From IMG/VR virus record IMGVR_UViG_3300050821_001955: a DNA stretch of 20,000 nucleotides; one strand, written 5' to 3'. The translations under genes were made by a program, and so were the position numbers. This DNA comes from an uncultured virus (IMG/VR IMGVR_UViG_3300050821_001955) (Duplodnaviria; Heunggongvirae; Uroviricota; Caudoviricetes). Positions 1 to 8,795 of this stretch are shown here, one piece after another; position 1 is the stretch's first letter; every line of letters begins with the position of its first letter. The notes under the pieces were generated by a model, which worked only from the letters and a program-made list of their open reading frames with translations, had not been told where the DNA came from and did not search any database.

Positions 1-342
1 ATTTACGTCTCCGGCTATGAGGGTACTTAGCACAGTCTGTACGATAGTAGAGAGACTATCTCCTCCTTGTAGATCAGTTATTCTATGGACGCTAGTATCT
101 TCTGTCATCGTAACGAATCCTACCGGGAGCATCGTAGCTCCGATATGGATAAAAGCTTGATAGACTCCTACTAGACCCGTAGTAGTTGCTTGATAGAGTC
201 CCTTTCGGCTCGTATCTTCTACTAATGAGAGTCCTGAGACTACCGGAGAGACGGTGTTTAACGCTCCTAGCGGATACAGATCTAGCGTCATCGTCAACCC
301 AGACGTATTTATATATTCGATGATAGAAGTAGGGAGAGGCAT
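1..342 (-). CDS. Hypothetical, probably virion-associated protein; 3'-truncated by the window edge; absent from the ORF track
   Basis: Manual translation from ATG at 342 gives MPLPTSIIEYINTSGLTMTLDLYPLGALNTVSPVVSGLSLVEDTSRKGLYQATTTGLVGVYQAFIHIG..., open for 114 codons to base 1. It starts 2 nt after the stop of 345..668 and has beta-rich composition like its neighbours. Confidence 0.8.
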   Translation of the reverse strand, partial: MPLPTSIIEYINTSGLTMTLDLYPLGALNTVSPVVSGLSLVEDTSRKGLYQATTTGLVGVYQAFIHIGATMLPVGFVTMTEDTSVHRITDLQGGDSLSTIVQTVLSTLIAGDVN

Positions 343-344
343 AG

Positions 345-668
345 TTAGTCAATAGCCTGAGTAACTAAAGGATTAGCAAGTTTTTCTAAGTTCTGTCCCC
401 AAGCGGAAGTCGCTACAGCACTACCTTCCCAAAAAGCTAGAAAGACATTGAGAGATCCAATAGCGTTAGAAATATCTCCCGGTGCGGCTTGAGTCCCTAC
501 TACTAGTCCATTAGAGACAGAAGCACCGCTAAGAGAATTCCAACCCGGATCAGTTACACCATTGTAATTACTAAACTCCTTAGCAGCTACATAAGCTGCT
601 TTAAGTTGATTAGCAAGAGCTACTACCGCTTGAGCGGATTGACTAATTTGAGACGCGGTTAAAGCCAT
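345..668 (-). CDS. Hypothetical protein (107 aa), possibly fibre-associated structural protein or chaperone
   Basis: Clean ORF, Ala/Ser/Gly/Asn-rich, operonic position after the fibre genes, AGGA upstream; no recognised motif. Confidence 0.7.
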   Translation of the reverse strand: MALTASQISQSAQAVVALANQLKAAYVAAKEFSNYNGVTDPGWNSLSGASVSNGLVVGTQAAPGDISNAIGSLNVFLAFWEGSAVATSAWGQNLEKLANPLVTQAID

Positions 669-724
669 AGTCTAAATTCCTAAGTGTCTTACTTTCCTTT
701 ACGAGTCACGATTTTTGGCCCGCA

Positions 725-1396
725 TTACCAAGTAATAGAAAATTTTCCTACTGCCCCGTTACCACTAGCTCCATGTCTAGAAGCTCCACCCCCTCCTCCT
801 CCCGGTACGGTTCCGTCTCCTCCGTTTCCCGCAGAAGCTACTCCGCCAGCACCACCTGCTCCTCCGTTTCCCCCGGCCCCGCCATTACCTCCGGTATTAC
901 TACTAGAGCCTATCCCATTAACACCAGGTGTTTCAGATGTACCGCCAGTACCTCCCGTACCTCCTAAGCCTCCCGATGCAGTTCCTGACCCTCCCGTTCC
1001 AACGGCTTTTCCCCCGTTCGCAGTCATAGCGGGAGACGTTACCGTAGCATTTCCTCCCGCTTGTCCGTCCGTAGCCGTAGAACTAGCAGGTCTAGAAGCT
1101 CCACCAGATGGAACTGTATAAGTAATAGTAGTTCCATTAGGTATGCTAACTCCAGTTTTCTTTACATATTCTCCACCGCCGCCACCGCCACTACCGTCAC
1201 TCGCATTACCATCTCCTGCTCCTCCGCTAGCCCCTGCTGCCCAAATTTCTATAGTCGCTGTAATAGTCTGTCCTGTAGTATTAGTCCAAGTCTTACCGCT
1301 CCCTGCCGTTGTATCTGAGAAAGAACCATGAGATACTCCAACGGAATGATACCATCCCCAGCCCACTAAGATGAGTATTGGAATTAAGAAGATCAT
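725..1396 (-). CDS. Glycine-rich domain protein of the type found with phage tail fibres (223 aa)
   Basis: IEIWAAGASGGAG...SGGGGGGEY...YTVPSGG and PGGGGGG...GxGAxG pattern typical of phage glycine-rich domains; hydrophobic N-terminus; ATGA overlap with the fibre gene stop. Confidence 0.75.
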   Translation of the reverse strand: MIFLIPILILVGWGWYHSVGVSHGSFSDTTAGSGKTWTNTTGQTITATIEIWAAGASGGAGDGNASDGSGGGGGGEYVKKTGVSIPNGTTITYTVPSGGASRPASSTATDGQAGGNATVTSPAMTANGGKAVGTGGSGTASGGLGGTGGTGGTSETPGVNGIGSSSNTGGNGGAGGNGGAGGAGGVASAGNGGDGTVPGGGGGGASRHGASGNGAVGKFSITW

Positions 1397-4300
1397 GCGA
1401 ATGCCGCTAATCCCGTTACGTGGATATTCGTTCCATCCGGACTATACCAGCTTAAAGTATCTACTGCATTAGCAGCCGTAGACGTTACAAACTTAGTTCC
1501 TCCTGCGAATAGATAGTGACTACTCCAAGTTATTACCGGAGGAGTGCCAGAAGCCGGTTGAGTAATAGTTATAAATCCACTAGCCCCGGCTACTAAGTTA
1601 GTCGGATTAGATAGGGTATAGTTTTGAGCTTGAGTAGGAGCTAGAGTAACGTTCCATCCGGAAGCCATATTCCAAGATACAGTAGTTCCAGGGGTAAGGG
1701 CTTGTACCGTAGTAGAGAGTAGAGTACCTCCCCAAGAGGGAAGAGTAACAGAAGTATTAGCGGTTACGGTAAGAGTTGTAGTAAACGCTCCTGAAAACGT
1801 AACGCTACCTCCTATTGTTATTGTAGAAGCTCCGTTATTAACTCCCGTACCCCCGTAAGTAGCTCCTACTACCGTTCCTTGCCAGACCCCAGTTCCAATA
1901 GTCCCTATAGAGGTAAGACTACTAAGGGTAGCTACAGCACTATTAACTAATGTTCCAGAAGTAGGGAGAGTAACGTTAGTGGACGCAGTTGTAGTTAAGG
2001 TGAGAGCGAAATTACCGGAAGTCGTAAAGGTATTTGCTAGTGAAAGGTTATTAGCGGTTATATTACCCGCAAACGTAGCTAGTTTTGTACTATCTATCGT
2101 TAGAGCCGTAGCGAGAGCATTAACCGATGATCCGGTAGTTCCCGCTGGAGCTACTTGTACTATAAATGAGCCACCTATTCCCGTTCCAGTACCTTGCGAA
2201 CACTTAAATGTAAAGTTAGCTCCCGCAGCATTAGACGTAGCAGTTACTACACTCTGACAAGATATATTCTGGGCTACTGGTGCCGCAGCATCTACATTAC
2301 CTAGTTGAAAAGTAGCTGCCGCTTTACGAGTTAGCATCGTATCAAAAGTAGCCGCAAGATTACCAGCCGTCCAACCAAAAACGGCAGAACTCCACATCCG
2401 TATAGACCCATCAGAACTTACTACTTCAAACGCATTATTTCCTAGAACCGTAATGCCCGTGGAAGTTAATGCCGTACAAGACATCGTTCCAGTTATAACT
2501 AATCCGGCTGTTCCATAGGTACAATTCGCCGGAAGCATCGGATGATTATCCCAAACTCCCGCAGCCGATCCAATATTCGTTACAATAACTAATCCATAGC
2601 CGCCAGCGGGAACAGTACAAACCGCCCCGGACGCATTATCTACAACCGTCAACGCTCCCGTACTGTTATTATTAAACTCGAAAGTCTGATAGAGAGAGAG
2701 GGTAGTAGCGTCCGGAAGCTTAAACGTCTGTGTATTAGTCCCCGTTAATAACTGTACTCTTGTAGAGGCTACCGTAAGAGTTGTAGTACCCGCAGCGGAC
2801 GTTACAGAAGTACATGCACTAATAGCATTATTAAAAGCGGAGTTACCGTTGCTATCCCGATAGGCTACAGTACTAGCAGTAGCAGCAGCCGTTAGAGAAA
2901 TAGCCGTAGCATTAGCAAGACTTCCCGTAGAATTACCTACTACACTATTAGCCGCTACCTGCTGAAACTTAGCGTAAGTCACCGCGTTAGCCGCTATCGT
3001 TGTAGCAAAGGAACCTGTTCCCGTTCCAGTAACGTCATTAGTCAAAGTTATCGTTTGATCCCCGGTATTACTCCCGGATACACTAGCACTAGCCCCTATC
3101 GTGAGAGTATTAGATCCGTTATTTACTCCAGTCCCTCCGTAAGTAGCTCCTATTAGAGTACCGTGCCACGTTCCGGACGTAATCGTACCTATCGTTGCTA
3201 TATCTGTTCCTACTAGCTTAGAAGCTGCTATAGATCCTGATAGCATCGCGTTAGTAACTGCTCCGGCTGCGATAGTCGTAGCAAAGCTTCCCGTACCGCT
3301 TCCGGTTACGTTGCCTGTTAGCGTTATCGTCTGGTCCCCCGTATTACTTCCCGAAACGCTAGCGGAAGCTCCGATAGTTAAAGTGTTTGATCCGTTGTTA
3401 ACTCCCGTTCCCCCATAAGTAGGTCCAATAACCGAAGCATTCCAAGTTCCCGTTACTAGAGTACCTACCGCTGTTACTTGAGTCTGACTAGCTAATACGC
3501 TGAATGTACTTCCGGAGAGTCCTAGCCCAGTCCCGTTTACATAGGTTCCCGGTCCAGCCACTTGAGTAAACGAGATAGCCGTAGTTCCTACCGTTATCGA
3601 TCCGCCGGTTATCATCGTCCAAGTTGTACCGGCTAAAGTTGATCCGCTAGTAACGAATACCGTATCTCCCGCAGCTATCTCCGCTGTAGAGTTAAAGTCT
3701 GTACTACGAGTTAGTACATAAACCGTTCCGGACGTACCTACTATTGTTACTGTAAAGATACCATTATTAGCGGCAGTAGCTTCGTGATCTACTAAAATCC
3801 TATCCCCAACGCTAGGAGTTGATCCGTCTATCGTAAGGATTCCATTGACTACTCCAGTTAGAGTAGCTCCTACACCGCTAGATCCGTTATTGTAAATATT
3901 AGTAGGAAGGGCAGCTGTTGTTGAGTATTTACAAGCAGTCTTAGTAGTAGAGTTAGCTAGGAGAGTATTGATAGCCGTAGTAACATAAGCAGTAGAAGCA
4001 GCGAGCGTACTATTATCAGAAGTTGCCTGGGTCCCTACTATCGGATTAGTAAGAGTAGCTCCGGAAGCTAAGACAATATTACCGCTGCCCGTTGTACTTG
4101 TACTAAGATCCGTAACGGCTAATTGACCTACTGTAACTGCTCCTCCCGAGCTAGTCTGTTTAAGAACTTGAGACGTACCTCCCGTAGCACTAAGATCGGA
4201 GTTAGTCCCTCCGTAAGCTAATCCAACTTTAGTTCCCTGCCAAGTTCCGGTTCCTATAGTTCCTACCGTCGTTAAAGAGGACGTTACTACATTAGAAGCG

Positions 4301-5007
4301 AGAGTAGTCCCGGTTAGAGTTCCAGCAGCAGCTGTAACGGTTATGCTAGCTGATCCGTCAAACGCTACTCCATTGATATTTCTAGCAGTCTGTAAAATAG
4401 TAGCGGTTCCGGCATTTCCACTTATATTAGTCTGATCTCCCGTATTAGTCCCCGATGTATTTCCTATGACTACTAGTTCCGCGTCCGTAACATATCTCTT
4501 ATTACTTGAATCTGCTATATCAGCCGTAGTAAGAGTTACATTACTCGAAAGAGCATGTCCGTTTACAGTAGTTGTCTTAGGAACCAATCCACTAAGGTCT
4601 TGATCTCCTGTATTCGATCCGCTAAGATTTGCCCCCGAAATATTTCCACTAGCTACTATACTTGTAGGAGTGATAGCCCCTAAAGTCAAAGTAATCGCGG
4701 GAGTAGTTGTAGGATTAGCTACTATCCCAGAAACCCCGTTAGCCGTTACTATTGAAAGAGTAGTTACCGTCCCACTCCCACTACTCGCAGCTGCCCAAGA
4801 GAGATTATGACTTCCGTCCGTAGTTAGAACATACCCACCTGATCCATCTACAGACGGAAGTACGTAATCAATACTACCAGCTACTGCTTGAGGCTTAAAT
4901 CCTACACTTCCGGATGTAGAACCGTAGAGTCTAAAACCCCAGCCATTGACTAGAGGTCTTACAAACCCTACCACCGCATCGATTATAAATCCGGGAAACA
5001 AGGACAT
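1393..5007 (-). CDS. Long tail fibre / virion fibre protein (1204 aa)
   Basis: Thr/Gly/Ser/Ala-rich with 4x SG[ST]NTGDQ, 3x TYGGTGVNNG and several GTxxTGxWxG repeats. Includes a fibre module (IDG..VGDRILV..EATAANNGIF...LTRSTDF) and a C-terminal beta domain (TLSNPTNLVAGASGFITITQ...W...STAANAVD). Confidence 0.8.
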   Translation of the reverse strand: MSLFPGFIIDAVVGFVRPLVNGWGFRLYGSTSGSVGFKPQAVAGSIDYVLPSVDGSGGYVLTTDGSHNLSWAAASSGSGTVTTLSIVTANGVSGIVANPTTTPAITLTLGAITPTSIVASGNISGANLSGSNTGDQDLSGLVPKTTTVNGHALSSNVTLTTADIADSSNKRYVTDAELVVIGNTSGTNTGDQTNISGNAGTATILQTARNINGVAFDGSASITVTAAAGTLTGTTLASNVVTSSLTTVGTIGTGTWQGTKVGLAYGGTNSDLSATGGTSQVLKQTSSGGAVTVGQLAVTDLSTSTTGSGNIVLASGATLTNPIVGTQATSDNSTLAASTAYVTTAINTLLANSTTKTACKYSTTAALPTNIYNNGSSGVGATLTGVVNGILTIDGSTPSVGDRILVDHEATAANNGIFTVTIVGTSGTVYVLTRSTDFNSTAEIAAGDTVFVTSGSTLAGTTWTMITGGSITVGTTAISFTQVAGPGTYVNGTGLGLSGSTFSVLASQTQVTAVGTLVTGTWNASVIGPTYGGTGVNNGSNTLTIGASASVSGSNTGDQTITLTGNVTGSGTGSFATTIAAGAVTNAMLSGSIAASKLVGTDIATIGTITSGTWHGTLIGATYGGTGVNNGSNTLTIGASASVSGSNTGDQTITLTNDVTGTGTGSFATTIAANAVTYAKFQQVAANSVVGNSTGSLANATAISLTAAATASTVAYRDSNGNSAFNNAISACTSVTSAAGTTTLTVASTRVQLLTGTNTQTFKLPDATTLSLYQTFEFNNNSTGALTVVDNASGAVCTVPAGGYGLVIVTNIGSAAGVWDNHPMLPANCTYGTAGLVITGTMSCTALTSTGITVLGNNAFEVVSSDGSIRMWSSAVFGWTAGNLAATFDTMLTRKAAATFQLGNVDAAAPVAQNISCQSVVTATSNAAGANFTFKCSQGTGTGIGGSFIVQVAPAGTTGSSVNALATALTIDSTKLATFAGNITANNLSLANTFTTSGNFALTLTTTASTNVTLPTSGTLVNSAVATLSSLTSIGTIGTGVWQGTVVGATYGGTGVNNGASTITIGGSVTFSGAFTTTLTVTANTSVTLPSWGGTLLSTTVQALTPGTTVSWNMASGWNVTLAPTQAQNYTLSNPTNLVAGASGFITITQPASGTPPVITWSSHYLFAGGTKFVTSTAANAVDTLSWYSPDGTNIHVTGLAAFA
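2975..3450 (-). repeat. Internal tandem duplication (276 nt / 92 aa period) in the fibre gene
   Basis: TYGGTGVNNGSNTLTIGASASVSGSNTGDQTITLT is present twice, identically; corresponding codons at 3055 and 3331. Outer boundaries approximate. Confidence 0.9.
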
Positions 5008-5079
5008 TTAAATACCTATGACTTCTACTAAGGACAAGTACATCTTAACCAACCATCCTACTACTGTTAAGATTCTCAT
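5008..5079 (-). CDS. Possible 23-aa hydrophobic peptide (MRILTVVGWLVKMYLSLVEVIGI)
   Basis: AGAAGGA SD-like site just upstream of ATG 5079; its TAA abuts the fibre ATG at 5007. Confidence 0.35.
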   Translation of the reverse strand: MRILTVVGWLVKMYLSLVEVIGI

Positions 5080-5098
5080 AGTCGATCCTTCTATTTAA

Positions 5099-5190
5099 GG
5101 GAACTGGCTCTAGTGTTTACTGAGCGGGATAGGCGGACCACCGTTCAACACTAGAAACCAGCCTCCCGAGAGAGACTCAAAGATTCTCTC
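5099..5190 (-). promoter_or_regulatory. Intergenic RNA stem-loops (processing site, attenuator or terminator-like)
   Basis: Perfect inverted repeat TCTAGTGTT (5109-5117) / AACACTAGA (5147-5155), extendable to about 5099-5167 with G-U pairs and bulges on the minus strand. Adjacent GAGAGA (5168-5173) / TCTCTC (5185-5190) hairpin. No strong U-tract. Confidence 0.5.
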
Positions 5191-5216
5191 AAACTAAAGT
5201 AAGAGAGACAAGCGAA

Positions 5217-5687
5217 CTAAGCCGGAGGGGCTGGAGTAGGTTCCGGAGTAGGAACAGGAGGAGTATCGGGAATTTGAACTACTGTCCCGAGAACTGCGGT
5301 AATAGCTCCAGCCGGAGCAGGAGGAGTAAGGTCAGGGACAGTATAGTCAAAAGTAGTAGGGGCACTAGATTCAAACGCTCCATTCTCAACAACATTGATA
5401 TGAAACGTATCTCCGCTCTTGACTTGAGGAACGTTAAAACTACCTTGGGTGGGAGCGATACTTTGAACAGGCTGAACAACGTTGTTAATCGAGAGATTAA
5501 CGGTTTGACCTACGATACCAGGAGTAGGAGTCCAATTAAACGTAAGAGGAGCTACGTACATAGTCTTTACCCACCTAGCCTTTCCTATCTTGACTTGGAT
5601 CACTTTGACGGGGTTGACTCCATAGTAGAGTTCATACCACCACCGTCCGAACAGTCGCCACTTCACATTAACTAGTTTCTCACCCAT
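5217..5687 (-). CDS. Hypothetical protein with a predicted Ig/Fn3-like beta-sandwich and Pro-rich tail (156 aa; start uncertain)
   Basis: Alternating hydrophobic beta-strand pattern (LTFNWTP, VNLSIN, FHINVVE, FDYTVPD-PPAP) followed by PTPEPTPAPPA. Confidence 0.6.
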   Translation of the reverse strand: MGEKLVNVKWRLFGRWWYELYYGVNPVKVIQVKIGKARWVKTMYVAPLTFNWTPTPGIVGQTVNLSINNVVQPVQSIAPTQGSFNVPQVKSGDTFHINVVENGAFESSAPTTFDYTVPDLTPPAPAGAITAVLGTVVQIPDTPPVPTPEPTPAPPA

Positions 5688-5708
5688 GATTTGCCTATCA
5701 TAATTGAG

Positions 5709-6119
5709 CTACTCCGGGATATTATTTTCTTGACACACCGCTGAATACTGTTGAGGAGTAGCTTCGCGAGTCTGATCTAGAGCCGCAATAGCTACGTCCC
5801 TAGCGGCGTTCCTACGTACTCGTTGTCCTTGACCCCTAAGATGTCGGAGAGTTTGAGTAGTAGCCGGACCTAAAACAATAGGATCATACTGACCGTTATC
5901 ATAGTGCTCGTCAATAAAGTCCGTAGCACTTTGAGTAGCAGCGGGAGGAGTAGGAGTTACCGGGGTTTTCTTACAAGCGGAGAACAGAGTCATAAGCGTA
6001 GGGAACAGAGTAGTAAAGATCGTAATCAGTGTAGTCGGATCAAATACCCCGTAAGTATTAGGAGCACTCGCTTGGAGTTTTTGAGCCGCTAGAGTAGCTT
6101 GATTGTTAGTTTCATTCAT
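5709..6119 (-). CDS. Hypothetical membrane-anchored protein (136 aa), possible lipoprotein
   Basis: Hydrophobic segment TLITIFTTLFPTLMTLFSAC ending in Cys, then a Pro/Thr linker; TAATG coupling to the upstream gene. Confidence 0.65.
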   Translation of the reverse strand: MNETNNQATLAAQKLQASAPNTYGVFDPTTLITIFTTLFPTLMTLFSACKKTPVTPTPPAATQSATDFIDEHYDNGQYDPIVLGPATTQTLRHLRGQGQRVRRNAARDVAIAALDQTREATPQQYSAVCQENNIPE

Positions 6120-6442
6120 TATTTCTCTCCCTTATTCTTGTTTTCTTGGGCTGTTCTATACATATTTAAGTAGTAAAAGTTAAACGCTGAGTCCCTATCC
6201 TTAGTCTTCATAGCTTCTATTTCTCCTATAGTCATCTTTCTCCACTTATCTTCAAACTCCCATACCATTCGATAGTAGTCTCGTTCTGCTTCCTTATAGA
6301 AGATCCAACGCTTATTCCAATACTCATCTCTATCCTTTGGATCTAAAGGAGGGGCGGAGCTAGCGTATCCTACCCCTAAACAAACTAACGCTGTAGCTAG
6401 AAGACTAACAAAGGTAATAGATCCTTCCGGGAATCTTTTCAT
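6119..6442 (-). CDS. Hypothetical exported helical protein (107 aa)
   Basis: Signal-peptide-like N-terminus (MKRF...FVSLLATALVCLGVGYASS-APP); aromatic and charged helical body. Confidence 0.65.
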   Translation of the reverse strand: MKRFPEGSITFVSLLATALVCLGVGYASSAPPLDPKDRDEYWNKRWIFYKEAERDYYRMVWEFEDKWRKMTIGEIEAMKTKDRDSAFNFYYLNMYRTAQENKNKGEK

Positions 6443-6449
6443 ATATCAC

Positions 6450-7115
6450 CTATCTAGGTCCGTGAATAGTGTGCCATCGGTCGTGTTCGTAAACCATTTG
6501 AGAGTAACTCATTCCACTAGTATTTATTCCATGAGAGCTTTCAAGATGTCTCTTAAGACTACTAGGAGTATTATCAGGCCAAGTATATCTAGGTACAGGC
6601 AATCTTGCGTTAGCTTGAGATAGGCTCTGACTATCTCTTGTCTGTACGATCTGTTTTGGCTTAGCTTCTTTCGGTAGTAGGCTCTTCTCAGTAGCTTCAT
6701 ATTTGTTAAGGAAGTAGTCTACTCCTAGCCAACCTTCTTCTTTCCTCCAATCCCCTTTAGAGTCTTGCCAAAGTAGGAAAGGAGTTCCCGTAGCTTCTTT
6801 CGGTAGATCGGTTCTAAAGACTACATTGAACTTATCTTTGATCCTAGGGTCTTGACAATCCTTATACCCTTTTATACAGTTCTTACAACTACCGTGTCCT
6901 GCGGCTAGTTGTTTCTCTGTTTCTTTCGAGTAGAACCTTATACAAGGCTTTTTCGGAAGTAGCGGAGGAGCTACGTGTTTCTGATCTTCAATATGCTCGA
7001 AATGAGGTAGCTCTCCTTTTTCTATCTTGTACTCATAAATCGTTTCGGGTAGCGGAGACACCTGTACTTTGAACTCTATGTCTCCTACAAATAGAGCTAG
7101 TAATAAAAGGTACAT
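6450..7115 (-). CDS. Thioredoxin/glutaredoxin-like CxxC protein with His-rich C-terminal motif (221 aa)
   Basis: Beta strand CIRFYS, then C77-K-N-C80, then GTP112FLLWQ...GW (cis-Pro strand pattern). C-terminal RYTWP...LKRHLESSHG...EHDRWH. Short hydrophobic N-terminus; TAATG-coupled to the protease gene. Confidence 0.65.
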   Translation of the reverse strand: MYLLLLALFVGDIEFKVQVSPLPETIYEYKIEKGELPHFEHIEDQKHVAPPLLPKKPCIRFYSKETEKQLAAGHGSCKNCIKGYKDCQDPRIKDKFNVVFRTDLPKEATGTPFLLWQDSKGDWRKEEGWLGVDYFLNKYEATEKSLLPKEAKPKQIVQTRDSQSLSQANARLPVPRYTWPDNTPSSLKRHLESSHGINTSGMSYSQMVYEHDRWHTIHGPR

Positions 7116-7900
7116 TAAGCAGCTACCGTAGAGAGAGGACAGACAGCGTCGTCAGCTAGTATTTTTGTACCCTGCAAGACACTAAAGCCTTGAGATCCAA
7201 ATCCATCGCCCCAGCTATTTCTGAACCGAATCGCGATAGCTCCGTTAAGCCAAACCGCATCGCAAAATACTACTTCGTGACCCCACCAATTAAGTCCTAC
7301 CGCTACGGGGATGTTTCGGAGCAGACAAGAGATCATCTGGTTAGTATTCTTAGGTACTAGCTCATACCAACCTACGATCCGATAATCAAGGGCAGCTTGA
7401 ACGTTAGCCGGAGTATGGTACTTACTACTAATCGCGTTAACAGGCCAAAGAGATTCCGGAACAATACCGTTATCAACGATATACTTAAGAGCAGCTTCCC
7501 CCCAACCTCCTACGTTCTTATAGCCGGTAATCGGTCCCCCTACGCTAGCTGCCGAGAGCTTAACCATAGGCTCATTTTGTATAACCCTAAGCATCTCTAC
7601 TGTACCCGTCGGAGCATTACACCAACAGTAGTTAGTTTGTTGCTGGTTCTTACTAGGAAGATTAGCTTGAAGAACTAAGTCCGAGATACGATTTTTAAGT
7701 TGTTCTTTTTCGGCTATCCTAGCTTGCCATTCCGATTGAGGAATAAGTAGTTCATCGGGAAACGGAGTAGTAGTAGCCATCCGTCCGTAAGGGGTAGTCC
7801 TAGCTCCCGCCATATACCCAGTACTCATCCCATCCGGAGTAACGATACTAGGAGTATCATCGTCAATAACAATTTCGTTATCGAATAATTCGCTAGTCAT
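7115..7900 (-). CDS. Papain-like cysteine peptidase (clan CA, family C1-like; 261 aa)
   Basis: KNQ86QQTNYC92W matches papain KNQGSCGSCW (oxyanion Gln, catalytic Cys 6 residues later). Also KLS motif, GH208EV catalytic His, RN228SWGxxFGxxG catalytic Asn motif. No signal peptide. Confidence 0.9.
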   Translation of the reverse strand: MTSELFDNEIVIDDDTPSIVTPDGMSTGYMAGARTTPYGRMATTTPFPDELLIPQSEWQARIAEKEQLKNRISDLVLQANLPSKNQQQTNYCWCNAPTGTVEMLRVIQNEPMVKLSAASVGGPITGYKNVGGWGEAALKYIVDNGIVPESLWPVNAISSKYHTPANVQAALDYRIVGWYELVPKNTNQMISCLLRNIPVAVGLNWWGHEVVFCDAVWLNGAIAIRFRNSWGDGFGSQGFSVLQGTKILADDAVCPLSTVAA

Positions 7901-8754
7901 TATTGACCTCCTTGTTGCTTAAGGAAATTAAGCGTATCTGTCTCGGTATTTGGGAGAGGATAAACCTTAGCTGCTCCGTTTACGGAAATCACTAGTTGAG
8001 GACTAGTTCCTACTAACAACGGCCCCATTTGAGACTTAGTAGCATTCCATAGAGCTACCATAGTAGGAGATTCCTTAGTCCCTACTTCTAAAGTTGGAGC
8101 CCACATACGCCATTCCGGTCTTCCGTCCGCTCCTTTAACACAATGAGAGTTTAGATAGTCTCGAATACTAGTAGAGTAGATTGTATTTAATTGATCTCTA
8201 GTATTATTCGCCATCGGATCAAATACGATTATGACTCTAAATCCGGTAGGAGTTACTACGTTGGGAGTAGGTGGAACTACCGGGGTAGGATTAACCGGAT
8301 TAACTGGTGTAGGGTTAATCGGAATAGGGACTGGAGCAGGAGCAGGTAGCAAACCATGCTTAGTCTCTACTCCTTGTAAGAGAGTTTGGAGCTTAGTAAG
8401 TAGGGTTAGTGCTCCGTTCTTTTGAGTTTCCGATTGAGTAAACTCTTGATCTATAGCCGCTATTAAGCTAGCTAAGTCTGTAACCGGAATAGGTACAGGA
8501 GCAGGAGGATTAACTGGAACCGGAGGTATGACCGGTGTAGGATTAACAGGGACTACGGGAACCGGAGCAGGAGGTACTACCGGAACTACCGTAGTGTTAG
8601 GAGACGGAATAGGTTGAGGGGGAACTACTATTACATCTGTCGGGTTGGGAGCGGGAGTTGGTCCGGGTGCGGGAAAATAGTGACCTATCGCTGTTCCCGC
8701 GAATAGTAAGAGAGCAGCTATAAAAGCTCTCCAACCTGTTAAGTTATTTTGCAT
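7900..8754 (-). CDS. Pro-rich exported or membrane-tethered protein with C-terminal alpha/beta domain (284 aa)
   Basis: N-terminal hydrophobic segment (WRAFIAALLLFAGTAIG), two Pro/Val-rich linkers (PVNPTP, PAPVP repeats) flanking a helical hairpin, and a C-terminal domain (FRVIIVFD...SPQLVIS) resembling a Trx-like fold without CxxC. Confidence 0.7.
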   Translation of the reverse strand: MQNNLTGWRAFIAALLLFAGTAIGHYFPAPGPTPAPNPTDVIVVPPQPIPSPNTTVVPVVPPAPVPVVPVNPTPVIPPVPVNPPAPVPIPVTDLASLIAAIDQEFTQSETQKNGALTLLTKLQTLLQGVETKHGLLPAPAPVPIPINPTPVNPVNPTPVVPPTPNVVTPTGFRVIIVFDPMANNTRDQLNTIYSTSIRDYLNSHCVKGADGRPEWRMWAPTLEVGTKESPTMVALWNATKSQMGPLLVGTSPQLVISVNGAAKVYPLPNTETDTLNFLKQQGGQ

Positions 8755-8795
8755 TTTGTTACCTATCTAGTTAGAAGCCTATCTTACCTATCAAA

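Noticed and set aside
92..352. 86-aa minus-strand ORF from the track
   Set aside because: Ser/Arg/Tyr-rich shadow frame with a TTG start; the overlapping frame from ATG 342 is open to the edge and looks like the real gene.
684..1331. Plus-strand Pro-rich and Ser-rich ORFs
   Set aside because: Antisense shadows of the glycine-rich gene (GGN codons read as NCC/CCN).
1393..5007. Diversity-generating retroelement TR/VR pair in the fibre gene
   Set aside because: Repeat differences are synonymous and not adenine-specific; no reverse transcriptase in the window.
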